A stretch of 32,000 nt of DNA from Fastidiosibacter lacustris. GTDB taxonomy: Bacteria; Pseudomonadota; Gammaproteobacteria; Francisellales; Francisellaceae. Each line of letters starts with the position of its first letter. Position 1 is the stretch's first letter. Where the stretch lies: assembly GCF_003428155.1 (NCBI RefSeq), contig NZ_QLIR01000012.1, forward strand, positions 1 through 32,000, written 5' to 3'. The notes below the pieces were generated by a model. The model did no database searches, had not been told where the DNA came from, and saw only the letters and a list, made by a program, of their open reading frames with translations. A program made the position numbers and the translations under genes. Positions 1-8,216 of the stretch are shown here, one piece after another.

Positions 1-1
1 T

Positions 2-112
2 CAGTATAATCATCAAAGGACTCATCAAGGCAAAATGTGTTGTGGCAGAACACCAATAGCAACTTTTACTGATGGGAAAACGCACTGGCAAGAGAAGGTT
101 GAATTGCTCAAC
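2..112 (+). mobile_element. C-terminal end of an IS481/IS3-like (DDE integrase core) transposase, truncated by the window edge
   Basis: Frame 2 reads QYNHQRTHQGKMCCGRTPIATFTDGKTHWQEKVELLNHI*, resembling the YNxxRTHQG...GRTP C-terminus of IS481-family transposases. A TGT...ACA-type terminus follows. Confidence 0.75.
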
Positions 113-175
113 CATATCTGACAAAAACCGCGTTTGAAAAACAGGCAACTGTCAGGTCAAGTCTAAACTTATACA
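113..175. repeat. IS right-end sequence, copy A of a 63-bp direct repeat
   Basis: catatctgacaaaaaccgcgtttgaaaaacaggcaactgtcaggtcaagtctaaacttataca matches 969-1031 at about 61/63 positions. The reverse complement starts TGTATAAGTTTAGACTTGACCTGACAG. Confidence 0.8.
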
Positions 176-179
176 CATC

Positions 180-296
180 AACACCACTGACTTTTTCTTG
201 ATATATTTTTTGACAGCCATAAGCTTGGAGCTTTTCTATTTGTATATCTAATGATTGTTCTTTAGTAGATACTCGCGCATAACCAATCAATGACAT
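180..296 (-). pseudogene. N-terminal fragment of a serine recombinase/resolvase, interrupted by the IS end
   Basis: MSLIGYARVSTKEQSLDIQIEKLQAYGCQKIYQEKVSG is the resolvase N-terminus with the YARVST motif. The remaining frame is IS-end sequence. Confidence 0.8.
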
Positions 297-596
297 TTAC
301 TTAGCTCCAAAATTATAATGCTCATGGTTATTAGTGTTTTTAAGAATCATTAATTTTTCTAAGATATACTCAGGCGCTAAATCAAGTTCTTCTTGAACGT
401 GTTGCTCACTATCTCTAACTCGCCAATATACGGTATCGAGTAAACCATATCTGATAAAATTATCCTCTTCCTTTAAAAAGGAGAATTTTGGCTTGTTTAC
501 TATGGGCGAAAAATCAGCAACACCTTTCACACCATTATCAAACTCTAACCACATTAAATAGTCTTTTATATAATCCGCTGAATCAATCCTAAGCAT
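297..596 (-). CDS. DUF2442-like protein
   Basis: LEFDNGVKGVADFSPIV...VYWRVRDSEQHVQEELDLAPEYILE resembles the DUF2442 pattern. It is adjacent to a DUF4160-like ORF. Confidence 0.65.
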   Translation of the reverse strand: MLRIDSADYIKDYLMWLEFDNGVKGVADFSPIVNKPKFSFLKEEDNFIRYGLLDTVYWRVRDSEQHVQEELDLAPEYILEKLMILKNTNNHEHYNFGAK

Positions 597-606
597 AATT
601 GCACCT

Positions 607-840
607 CTAATCTAATTGATAGTTATTCCACGTGTCGATTAAATAACTTTTATTATCTAGTACCCAGCCTTTCAATAAGGCCTTATCTTTAACTTTAAGA
701 TTACCTTGAAGAATATTGCCAGTACTTATTTCTAATATCGCAACACAATCATGCTTTTTGTAGACATGAATGTGTGGTGGGTTATGGTCATCAAAAAACA
801 TTCTTATATAATAACCAAATATTTCGGCAATGGTTGGCAT
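607..840 (-). CDS. DUF4160-like protein
   Basis: MPTIAEIFGYYIRMFFDDHNPPHIHVYKK is characteristic of DUF4160. Confidence 0.75.
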   Translation of the reverse strand: MPTIAEIFGYYIRMFFDDHNPPHIHVYKKHDCVAILEISTGNILQGNLKVKDKALLKGWVLDNKSYLIDTWNNYQLD

Positions 841-968
841 AATCCTAAAACCTTTTAAATTATTCTAGATTTTTATTTTAGACTATCATTTTCAGACTAG
901 TCAATTAATGTGGTCCCACTTTGAGCGATAAAAGCGGGTCCGAGTGATTATAAAAGCGAGCCCTAACA

Positions 969-1031
969 CATATCTGACAAAAACTGCGTTTGAAAAATAG
1001 GCAACTGTCAGGTCAAGTCTAAACTTATACA
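969..1031. repeat. Solo IS right-end remnant, copy B of the 63-bp direct repeat
   Basis: About 61/63 identity to 113-175. No transposase coding sequence is recognisable to its left. Confidence 0.75.
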
Positions 1032-1033
1032 AA

Positions 1034-1636
1034 TTAGCAAAGTTTTTCTTTGTATTTTCCTGTTTTTATTGAATAGTAAGAACGCCTAGATATATCATGT
1101 TTATCCATAATAGCTTGGACACTTAAATCTGTACCTATATCTTCTAATACTGCTGCTGCTTTTTCCATTGATAGCGTTGATGGTCTGCCAAACTTTACAC
1201 CATTTTTCTTTGCTTGCTTAATTCCATCCATTTGCCTTTCTTTCCTTAATGATTGCTCAAACTCAGCAAATGAAGCGAGCATCTGGAACATTAGTTTGCC
1301 TTGAGGTGTTTTTGTATCAATATTTTGATCAATGACAACAAAATTAACTTCTTTTACTTCCAATAACTCGACTATTTGACCAAGATGCAATGCAGAACGA
1401 GCCACCCTATCCAATCTTGTTACGACTAAAGTGTCACACTCTCTAACATAGTCTAAGCATTTTGCTAATTCTGGTCTGTTCTGATCTAATCCTGACAGTT
1501 TTTCTTTGTATATTTTGTCGCACCCATAAGCCTTTAACTTAGATAACTGCACATCTAAATTTTGCCCCGCTGAAGATACTCGAGCGTAACCTATAAACTG
1601 GCTTTTATGTGATGCCAATAATTTATCTGCTGTCAT
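1034..1636 (-). CDS. Serine recombinase / resolvase-invertase family
   Basis: FIGYARVSSAGQNLDVQLSKLKAYG...LVVTRLDRVARS...FQMLASFAEFEQSLRKERQMDGI...KFGRPS, 200 aa. Confidence 0.92.
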   Translation of the reverse strand: MTADKLLASHKSQFIGYARVSSAGQNLDVQLSKLKAYGCDKIYKEKLSGLDQNRPELAKCLDYVRECDTLVVTRLDRVARSALHLGQIVELLEVKEVNFVVIDQNIDTKTPQGKLMFQMLASFAEFEQSLRKERQMDGIKQAKKNGVKFGRPSTLSMEKAAAVLEDIGTDLSVQAIMDKHDISRRSYYSIKTGKYKEKLC

Positions 1637-2019
1637 GCCTGAGATTCCAATCTTTCAAATAAATCCGACATCACATTGCTAAGCTTATCAATATCTACAC
1701 TTGTTAGGGTTCCAAGTTTTTTTAAGATATTATCTTGCTCTATCGTAGCAATCAAAGGTTTAAGCATTGATGGCTTGGGTAAACCAGCTTGTTTCCATTG
1801 ACATAGCACACACTCACCATAGCCCAGTGGCATTTTTATTTGACTTGTAATTGCCATTAAAATTATATCTCGCCTTTCATTCTGATAAGATTGTTTGCTT
1901 ACAACCACCGCAGGTCGCCTTTTAGAAGCTCGTAGATTGGTAAATGGAAATGGCACCAATATAACATCGCCAACATTATAAATTGTTATAGATTTCATCT
2001 TCGTCATTATCCCATACAC
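1633..2019 (-). CDS. PemK/MazF-like toxin (type II TA)
   Basis: VGDVILVPFPFTNLRASKRRPAVVVSKQSY...DIILMAITSQI motif. It overlaps an upstream small antitoxin-like ORF. Confidence 0.8.
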   Translation of the reverse strand: MYGIMTKMKSITIYNVGDVILVPFPFTNLRASKRRPAVVVSKQSYQNERRDIILMAITSQIKMPLGYGECVLCQWKQAGLPKPSMLKPLIATIEQDNILKKLGTLTSVDIDKLSNVMSDLFERLESQA

Positions 2020-2206
2020 CTTTAAAACTAGATTCAGACATTGCAGAAAAGTCTTTACGTAATTTTTGATTAGTATCTTTTTGTTGAAGAAAATCTATAA
2101 AGTTTTCAACTTCTGAAAAATATTTAGCTGGCAAATGATTAAGTTTTTGGTTAATCAAATGAATTTGCTTTGGTTGCATAACAAACCCCTTAAAGTTTTG
2201 ATACAT
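1976..2206 (-). CDS. Small antitoxin-like protein (DUF2281-like), partner of the PemK/MazF-like toxin
   Basis: MQPKQIHLINQKLNHLPAKYFSEVENFIDFLQQK. It lies directly upstream of and overlaps the toxin. The true start is likely an internal ATG. Confidence 0.6.
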   Translation of the reverse strand: MYQNFKGFVMQPKQIHLINQKLNHLPAKYFSEVENFIDFLQQKDTNQKLRKDFSAMSESSFKGVWDNDEDEIYNNL

Positions 2207-2302
2207 TTAATTATGGACTACATTTTGAGAAACGTCAAATAAAGGTTTGTAAATAGTTACGTAAGGTATACTTTTTGGGAAATTTGAAAGGATTATAATT
2301 TC

Positions 2303-2318
2303 AGTTACGCGCGTAACT
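2303..2318. promoter_or_regulatory. Palindrome AGTTACGCGCGTAACT, copy 1 (candidate parS/operator)
   Basis: Perfect 16-bp palindrome at the end of the partition gene cluster, identical to copies at 3447 and 4168. Confidence 0.7.
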
Positions 2319-2541
2319 ATTTTTTGTTTGTATGCTCTTCATAGTAATGGGATACAATTTTATCTATCACTTCACCCTTTCTTCGAAAATTTAAAGCTTT
2401 CTTCAACTCCCCAATTTTCTCTAAAGTGTCTCCATTCAGCCAATCGGAAAATTGAACTTTTCCAGATTCTTTTAAAGCTTCCCTGATTTTTCTTTGACTT
2501 TTTTTAAGTGTTTCTAATCTATCAGACATTGCTTTACCCAA
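2317..2541 (-). CDS. Hypothetical 74-aa protein in the partition cluster
   Basis: The ORF overlaps the parB stop region and is bounded by palindrome copy 1. Confidence 0.6.
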   Translation of the reverse strand: MGKAMSDRLETLKKSQRKIREALKESGKVQFSDWLNGDTLEKIGELKKALNFRRKGEVIDKIVSHYYEEHTNKK

Positions 2542-3430
2542 AATATTGAATCATTAATTTTTCAAGATCATTTATAAACACATCATAGTTATCTTTAGCT
2601 ATAATATTGTTGTCTAAATTAATTCTTCTTCCTGAAATACGAGCTAAAATTTTATCATTGCTTTTTATCGTTTTTTCTTTATTTTCCACACTCTCTTTTT
2701 TATTTAAAATTTTATCGACTTCTTGCTTAATTCTTTTTTCACCATATCCAAATTTAATCTTATCAGCTATAGCTATTAATGCTTTGTGGTATTTGTCGCC
2801 TTTGTTTGCTAGCGAAACAATTTCAATTGATGTCCGTGATGATACTTTACTCATATCATTAATAGCATTAACTATATCACTTGGTATCCTTGAAAAGGAT
2901 ATAAAATTCTTAATAGACGAGAGTGTTAAACCTACTTTGTGTGCTAAATCATCCTGTGTTATTTTTTCTGAATTTAAAATATTTGAATAGAAAATACCTT
3001 TTGAATAGTCAGATACACTTTCTTTTCTATTTTCATCTACAACACAAGCAATTGCATCACGGAATGAAAATTCTTTAACAATAGCTTCAACTTTTATATT
3101 TATGCTTTTACAAGCAAGCCATCTACGATAACCAGCGATTACAACGTATTTTGCTTCTTTGTTAGATTGGGCTTTAAATACATCATTTTGATTAGTTATT
3201 ACTATTGGCTGAGCTTGTCCATTATTTTTTATACTGTAGGCGAGTTCTTCTATATTCCCTAGCTCAAATTCTTTTCTGTCTCTATATTCCCAGTTATCAA
3301 TTTGACTTGTCTCAATAACTTCAACAGAACCAGCATAGCCCATAGCGCTTTTAGCATCTGCTAACCTTTCCACTATAACTTTATTTTCAGTTTCGGACTT
3401 TAAACTAAATCCATTATTTTTTTTACTCAT
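2534..3430 (-). CDS. parB: ParB-like partition protein
   Basis: IKNNGQAQPIVITNQ...YVVIAGYRRWLACKSINIKVEAIVKEF...ENRKESVSDYSKG...QDDLAHKVGLTLSSIKNFISFSRIP: ParB/Spo0J N-terminal and HTH signatures. Confidence 0.85.
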   Translation of the reverse strand: MSKKNNGFSLKSETENKVIVERLADAKSAMGYAGSVEVIETSQIDNWEYRDRKEFELGNIEELAYSIKNNGQAQPIVITNQNDVFKAQSNKEAKYVVIAGYRRWLACKSINIKVEAIVKEFSFRDAIACVVDENRKESVSDYSKGIFYSNILNSEKITQDDLAHKVGLTLSSIKNFISFSRIPSDIVNAINDMSKVSSRTSIEIVSLANKGDKYHKALIAIADKIKFGYGEKRIKQEVDKILNKKESVENKEKTIKSNDKILARISGRRINLDNNIIAKDNYDVFINDLEKLMIQYFG

Positions 3431-3446
3431 ATTAAAATCTCCAGAA

Positions 3447-3462
3447 AGTTACGCGCGTAACT
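3447..3462. promoter_or_regulatory. Palindrome AGTTACGCGCGTAACT, copy 2 (candidate parS/operator)
   Basis: Extends to the 20-bp AAAGTTACGCGCGTAACTTT between parA and parB. Confidence 0.75.
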
Positions 3463-3463
3463 T

Positions 3464-4093
3464 TTAATTTATATATTCTATAACTTCTTTTGCCAAACTT
3501 TTGAATTCTCTGTGTGAATCACTATCTGGCTGGTATTCTCCAACCCATAAACCATGAAATTGTGCTTCCATAACACAAGACTTTAAAGTTATATTAGTTT
3601 TAAATCCATTAAGCTCTGAAATCGAGCTTATTAATTCTTGAGATAAATTATGCCGTTTTTGTGTTCTTACTGCTAATAATCTATAAGGTTTCCTGCATTC
3701 ATCTGCAATTTCCATAGATTTAATTAAGGCTTTTTGGTCACTTAGACTAGGTGAAGATGGAATAATAACAAAGTCACTTGCCAAAGTTGCTTTAAAAGCT
3801 TCTCCTTGAAAATTTGGTGGCGTATCAATAATAATAAAATCATACTCATTTCTTAACTGATTAATCATTTCTTTTGGAGAGTCTTCACACAATAATGTAT
3901 CAACATCAAAGTTAGATATTCCAGTAGCCATACCCTGCTCTTTCCAACCTAATGCATCAGGCTTATCTTTATCAATATCTACAATTACAACTTTATAGTT
4001 AAAATCTTTAGCTAGCGACCACGCTAAGTTTACACTTGTTGCTGTTTTCCCTGCTCCACCTTTTCCTGAAATAACAGCTATAACTTTAGACAT
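3464..4093 (-). CDS. parA: ParA-like partition ATPase
   Basis: MSKVIAVISGKGGAGKTATSVNLAWSLA (deviant Walker A) and YDFIIIDTPPN. The ORF track start at 4153 is likely too long. Confidence 0.92.
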   Translation of the reverse strand: MSKVIAVISGKGGAGKTATSVNLAWSLAKDFNYKVVIVDIDKDKPDALGWKEQGMATGISNFDVDTLLCEDSPKEMINQLRNEYDFIIIDTPPNFQGEAFKATLASDFVIIPSSPSLSDQKALIKSMEIADECRKPYRLLAVRTQKRHNLSQELISSISELNGFKTNITLKSCVMEAQFHGLWVGEYQPDSDSHREFKSLAKEVIEYIN

Positions 4094-4167
4094 AATTAAT
4101 ACTCCATTAATGAAACACAAAAATATTATATTATCTTTATAATTACTAGTCAACTATTTAAATATAA

Positions 4168-4183
4168 AGTTACGCGCGTAACT
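4168..4183. promoter_or_regulatory. Palindrome AGTTACGCGCGTAACT, copy 3 (candidate parS/operator), upstream of parA
   Basis: The same 20-bp extended palindrome as copy 2. Confidence 0.75.
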
Positions 4184-4188
4184 TTTTA

Positions 4189-5742
4189 CTAAACCAAATC
4201 CGCAATAGCCACTCTAAGCATCATGATTTCTTTTTCTACCAGTCCTTTAGTTTGCTCGCTCGCTTCCATCAATTCTGATTTTTTCGCTTCTAACTCTGCT
4301 TTAAGCTTTGCAATCCTTTCTTCCTTGCTAGCAACTTCTAGTTCATCAACAAAAGACTTAATCTTACTGTAGTTTAAAATATCGCCCTTAAATCTAAGTG
4401 TTAAGTAATATGGCGACATACTTTCTAAATCTTCATACTGAGCTACAACATCTTTCAAGCATCTAAGCATATCAATCTCTAGTTCATCAGTAATTTTTTC
4501 TTTAACTTCATGTCTTGATAGTAAAACAAGTATTTGCTGTTCATTTTTATTTATATATGAATCAAAACTATTAAACCTTTCCATTTTTTGAGCTTTTCGA
4601 GCTTGTGTTGATTCCTCTACTGCATCCATTGTTGCTTTTATTTCTTGAGAACCAGAATTATTGCTTGCATTTTCAATACAAGAAACAAGGTAACCACTAA
4701 TATTATTGATTTCTCTGCCTTTTTGTATTTCGCCTAATAGCTTTTCAATTCCTAACTTACAAGCGTCCACACCATAGTTAGAAATATACTCTAAAACTTT
4801 CTTTTTAGGTATACCGTAGGCATGAAGTTGCGCTGATACAATTAGTGTTTGACCATCAAGTTTTATAATTGCTTTTTCTGATACTATTGAATTTTTATCT
4901 ACTTTATCAGTATATAATGATTCTAGTTTTTCACTAAAAATAGATTTTTCACCAAACTCAAATACAATTGTAGTAACTTTTCTTCCTGTTTTAATCTCCT
5001 CTAAGTTAACATATATATCAGTCTCATTTATTTCACCTATTATTTTATGTAGCACAGCTTTTTTAAACATTGAATAATTTGTACTGTAGACATTATGTAG
5101 ACCAACTCTAGTTTTATAATCCTCAACCGCTAATTTTAATTCATCTTTTTTTTTGTATTGATTAAGCCTCAACTTTAGAATGATGTATGTATCAAAAGTA
5201 TAATTATTTTTAAACTTAAGTACATCTGATATTTTAATTCGTGTGTAATGACAAAAAACTAATAAGTAAGGAAAAACTTTTTTGTCTATCTCAACTTCTA
5301 TACATCCAACAGTATCATTATATTTAAATTCTTCAAACCAACTTCGCTGTATATATGATTTTTTATTTAAAATATCATCAAGATTCGGTAAAGTTGCTAT
5401 GGAAGATTTTAATCCCTCGGTTATTTTTCTAATATCTCTAGCAAAATGTGCTTTTGTGATTCCAGTTAACGAAATAATGTCATCTTTAGAGAGCTTAAGA
5501 TTCCTAGATAAATGCCCAAGATCAACACTCTCAATATCTTCATTAGTCAATTCTTTTGATGTTATCTTTATTTTCTCTCGATAATAGTGTGATAGTATAT
5601 ATACAAACACCTTTATTTGATTGACATTCCATGTACTATGACCTCTTATCTCAGATAGTAAAGATGGGATGTAAGCCTGCATTTTATCTAGATCAATTTC
5701 CTGATTATTAATCATCATTCTCATAAATTTATAAATCCACAA
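4189..5742 (-). CDS. Plasmid replication initiator, Rep_3/RepB-like
   Basis: Long ORF next to an iteron array with initiator-like text such as FDTYIILKLRLNQYKK...YSMFKKAVLHKIIGEINET. The start may be internal, at MINNQEIDL. Confidence 0.75.
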   Translation of the reverse strand: MWIYKFMRMMINNQEIDLDKMQAYIPSLLSEIRGHSTWNVNQIKVFVYILSHYYREKIKITSKELTNEDIESVDLGHLSRNLKLSKDDIISLTGITKAHFARDIRKITEGLKSSIATLPNLDDILNKKSYIQRSWFEEFKYNDTVGCIEVEIDKKVFPYLLVFCHYTRIKISDVLKFKNNYTFDTYIILKLRLNQYKKKDELKLAVEDYKTRVGLHNVYSTNYSMFKKAVLHKIIGEINETDIYVNLEEIKTGRKVTTIVFEFGEKSIFSEKLESLYTDKVDKNSIVSEKAIIKLDGQTLIVSAQLHAYGIPKKKVLEYISNYGVDACKLGIEKLLGEIQKGREINNISGYLVSCIENASNNSGSQEIKATMDAVEESTQARKAQKMERFNSFDSYINKNEQQILVLLSRHEVKEKITDELEIDMLRCLKDVVAQYEDLESMSPYYLTLRFKGDILNYSKIKSFVDELEVASKEERIAKLKAELEAKKSELMEASEQTKGLVEKEIMMLRVAIADLV

Positions 5743-5743
5743 C

Positions 5744-5783
5744 TACTCTTAACTATAATTTCTCATACTCTTAACTATAATTT
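5744..5783. promoter_or_regulatory. Two direct copies of TACTCTTAACTATAATTT, 22 bp apart, upstream of rep
   Basis: Copies at 5744-5761 and 5766-5783, in the rep promoter region. Confidence 0.5.
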
Positions 5784-5820
5784 TTATTTAACTAAATGTA
5801 AATATATATATTTTATTTTT

Positions 5821-6050
5821 AGTTTATCTCACCATTCTTTTAGTTTATCTCACCATTCTTTTAGTTTATCTCACCATTCTTTTAGTTTATCTCACCATTC
5901 TTTTAGTTTATCTCACCATTCTTTTAGTTTATCTCACCATTCTTTTAGTTTATCTCACCATTCTTTTAGTTTATCTCACCATTCTTTTAGTTTATCTCAC
6001 CATTCTTTTAGTTTATCTCACCATTCTTTTAGTTTATCTTACCATTTAGT
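5821..6050. repeat. Iteron array, 21-bp unit (AGTTTATCTCACCATTCTTTT), about 11 tandem copies; candidate oriV
   Basis: Starts every 21 bp from 5821 to 6031. Ten near-identical copies and a degenerate last copy, directly upstream of the rep gene. Confidence 0.92.
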
Positions 6051-6203
6051 TACTTTTATAAATATAATCAAACCTCTATAATCTCCTTATATAATAAGGT
6101 GTACAGCAAATAATAGCTAAAGCTAATTAATTAAGCTTTTAAGTTAGATTGTTTTATATTCAGCGTTTTGCAATCTATCTAATGGATAAATAATATAATA
6201 GAT

Positions 6204-6230
6204 CAATCTATCTAAGATAGATTGATTTTT
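6204..6230 (+). terminator. Inverted repeat CAATCTATCTAAGATAGATTG followed by a T-rich tract
   Basis: Self-complementary arms followed by atttttctttatt. It could equally be an operator. Confidence 0.4.
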
Positions 6231-6275
6231 TCTTTATTACACTCTGTATCTTGAATATTTGATAAGCGTGTATAT

Positions 6276-6671
6276 ATGAAAAAGGGAATTTACTTTTCTT
6301 TCGATAAAGTAGGTGGTATTGAAAGATTAATTGAAGAAAAACCTACAGCGGCGAGAATATTCCTATTTCTATCAAAATATAGTAATGACGATAATGTAGT
6401 TGTTGCCTTAAGCTCTGTCTTAGAAACTGCTTTAAAAAAGACAAGACCATATTTAGCTAAGTGTGTTAAGTATCTAAAAGATAACGGATATTTAGCAGTA
6501 ATAAACTCAGGGCAAACATCAGTATACATTTTTAATAATGATATATTGATTTCAAATAAGTACGATAATGAATATAAAAATATTGAAGTGTTAAATGCAA
6601 CCTTGTTTTTATCGCCAAAAGAGTCAATAGCCAAAAATAAACAACGTCAAACCTTCAATGAAAAGGTCTAA
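6276..6671 (+). CDS. RepL-like winged-helix protein (replication or copy control)
   Basis: ARIFLFLSKYSNDDNVVVALSSVLETALKKTRPYLAKCVKYLKDNGYLAVINSGQTSVYIFNNDIL resembles the RepL-type wHTH plus beta hairpin. It is adjacent to the iterons. Confidence 0.55.
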   Translation: MKKGIYFSFDKVGGIERLIEEKPTAARIFLFLSKYSNDDNVVVALSSVLETALKKTRPYLAKCVKYLKDNGYLAVINSGQTSVYIFNNDILISNKYDNEYKNIEVLNATLFLSPKESIAKNKQRQTFNEKV

Positions 6672-6676
6672 GTAGA

Positions 6677-7477
6677 ATGAGAATAATAAAAATCATCACT
6701 ATCTATACTTTAATTTTACCAACAATTATTTTAGCCTATGATTTGTCGCAAAAAACTCAAGCAGATCAAATAATACGATTAAGTAAGGAAGATGGTGTAT
6801 ATCACCCTAAATTAAAAATAAAAGGAATCGATAATAAACAAAGCAAACGTAATGTATATCAAAATGAGTATGGTGTTGTTGTTATTGTCTCCAACCAAAG
6901 CTTAATTAAAATATTACATAAAGCTAATGACTTAGCATACCAAAACCCTAAATTTCGTCCAACAACAACTCCTCATATTACTATAGTTCAAGGGGTGTAC
7001 AAAGGCGATAAATTTATTCAGTTACAAAAAGCAGTTAAATCAATTGCTGAACATACGTTTCCATATGTAGTTACGATGCAAAACAGCTTCACTAAAGGTG
7101 GCGGTGGAAATACATTTCTCAATGTATCTGATGGCAAATATTTTTTTGACAGATTAACAACCTATATGACGAATAAAGTTCAACCAGATGCACCAATGAA
7201 GCAAACACTTGACGATATTGAAGCTGGAGTTGCAGATTTAAAAGAGATGCATGTTGGTGGAGCATGGAGAGATTTTAATTTGCCATATAATAATAATCCT
7301 CATATTACAGTTGTGTACGGTAAGAATGATCCAAGTTTACTGAGGAACCTAAATGAAATTATTCAACCACAATCACTATCATTCATAGCAAAAGCAATAT
7401 CTATTTATCAAATAGATGAAGTTGGCAATTTATATGGTAAGCCATTATATCAAGTAAACTTTAACTTAGAGCCATGA
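6677..7477 (+). CDS. Exported 2H phosphoesterase-like protein (LigT/2'-5' RNA ligase-like fold)
   Basis: N-terminal hydrophobic signal MRIIKIITIYTLILPTIILA. Two HxT motifs: TTPHITIVQG and NNPHITVVYG. Confidence 0.6.
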   Translation: MRIIKIITIYTLILPTIILAYDLSQKTQADQIIRLSKEDGVYHPKLKIKGIDNKQSKRNVYQNEYGVVVIVSNQSLIKILHKANDLAYQNPKFRPTTTPHITIVQGVYKGDKFIQLQKAVKSIAEHTFPYVVTMQNSFTKGGGGNTFLNVSDGKYFFDRLTTYMTNKVQPDAPMKQTLDDIEAGVADLKEMHVGGAWRDFNLPYNNNPHITVVYGKNDPSLLRNLNEIIQPQSLSFIAKAISIYQIDEVGNLYGKPLYQVNFNLEP

Positions 7478-8021
7478 TTAAAGAGTTAGAAACAAAAGGC
7501 GCTTTGCATTATCAGATGTTCAACGAATGTCGGAAATAAACTCATGCGAAGAAGTTATGAGATTTTTTCCGAAGATATACACATTTGAGGATACATTAAA
7601 CTTTGTTAAAAATGTGATAAAAAAGTATGAAAATAATGACTTAGCGGTATATGCTTGTGTATCTAAATCAAACAATACTTTTATTGGTTCTGTTGGGATT
7701 ACATATCATAATTTTAAATCTTTTTTTACGCCATGTTATGAGGTCGGTTGGAGGCTTGATAAACAATATTGGAACGAAGGGTATGCTACCGAAGCAGCTA
7801 AGGGTGTCCTAAATTATGGATTGATCGAATTATGTATCGATGAGATTGTTTCTTATTCGCCAGTTATAAACACAGGATCAATAAGGGTAATGCAGAAAAT
7901 AGGTATGAAGTTTTATCAAGAATACTTCAATCATACGTTGTGGGATAAAAATAGCCCGCTATCAAAACATATTTTGTATAGAATAACCCGCGAAGAGTAT
8001 TTGCGAGATTTGAAAAAATAA
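7474..8021 (+). pseudogene. GNAT family N-acetyltransferase (RimJ/RimL-like) with an apparent 5' frameshift; the open part is 7527-8021
   Basis: SVGITYHNFKSFFTPCYEVGWRLDKQYWNEGYATEAAKGVLNYG...NTGSIRVMQKIGMKF is GNAT. The upstream ATG at 7474 gives MIKELETK, then the +1/-1 related frame gives RRFALSDVQRMSEINSCEEVM. Confidence 0.7.
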
Positions 8022-8216
8022 ATAGAGATATTAAGCAAACTTAAAATGATTAACCAGACACAGCTAAAGCAAATAAATAAACAACAAAATGGCTGAATGT
8101 GTAATGTAAGCTTGATTTTCAAAGGATAGTTTTGTAGTTTTGCGGTTAGAGAATTTAGTATGTATGAAAATCGACACTAAAAATCGGTTGAATGATGCGT
8201 AAAGTAGTGACTTATA

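Noticed and set aside
2607-2990. Plus-strand ORF of 127 aa
   Set aside because: Antisense to parB, which has clear motifs; low-complexity product without a plausible RBS.
5282-5584. Plus-strand ORF of 100 aa
   Set aside because: Lies antisense within the replication initiator; likely shadow ORF.
5821-6050. Possible CRISPR array
   Set aside because: The 21-bp units are strictly head to tail with no spacers, next to a plasmid initiator gene. This is an iteron array.
6290-6634. Minus-strand ORF of 114 aa
   Set aside because: Antisense shadow of the RepL-like ORF.
7931-8122. Minus-strand ORF of 63 aa
   Set aside because: Overlaps the end of the acetyltransferase antisense; no supporting features.
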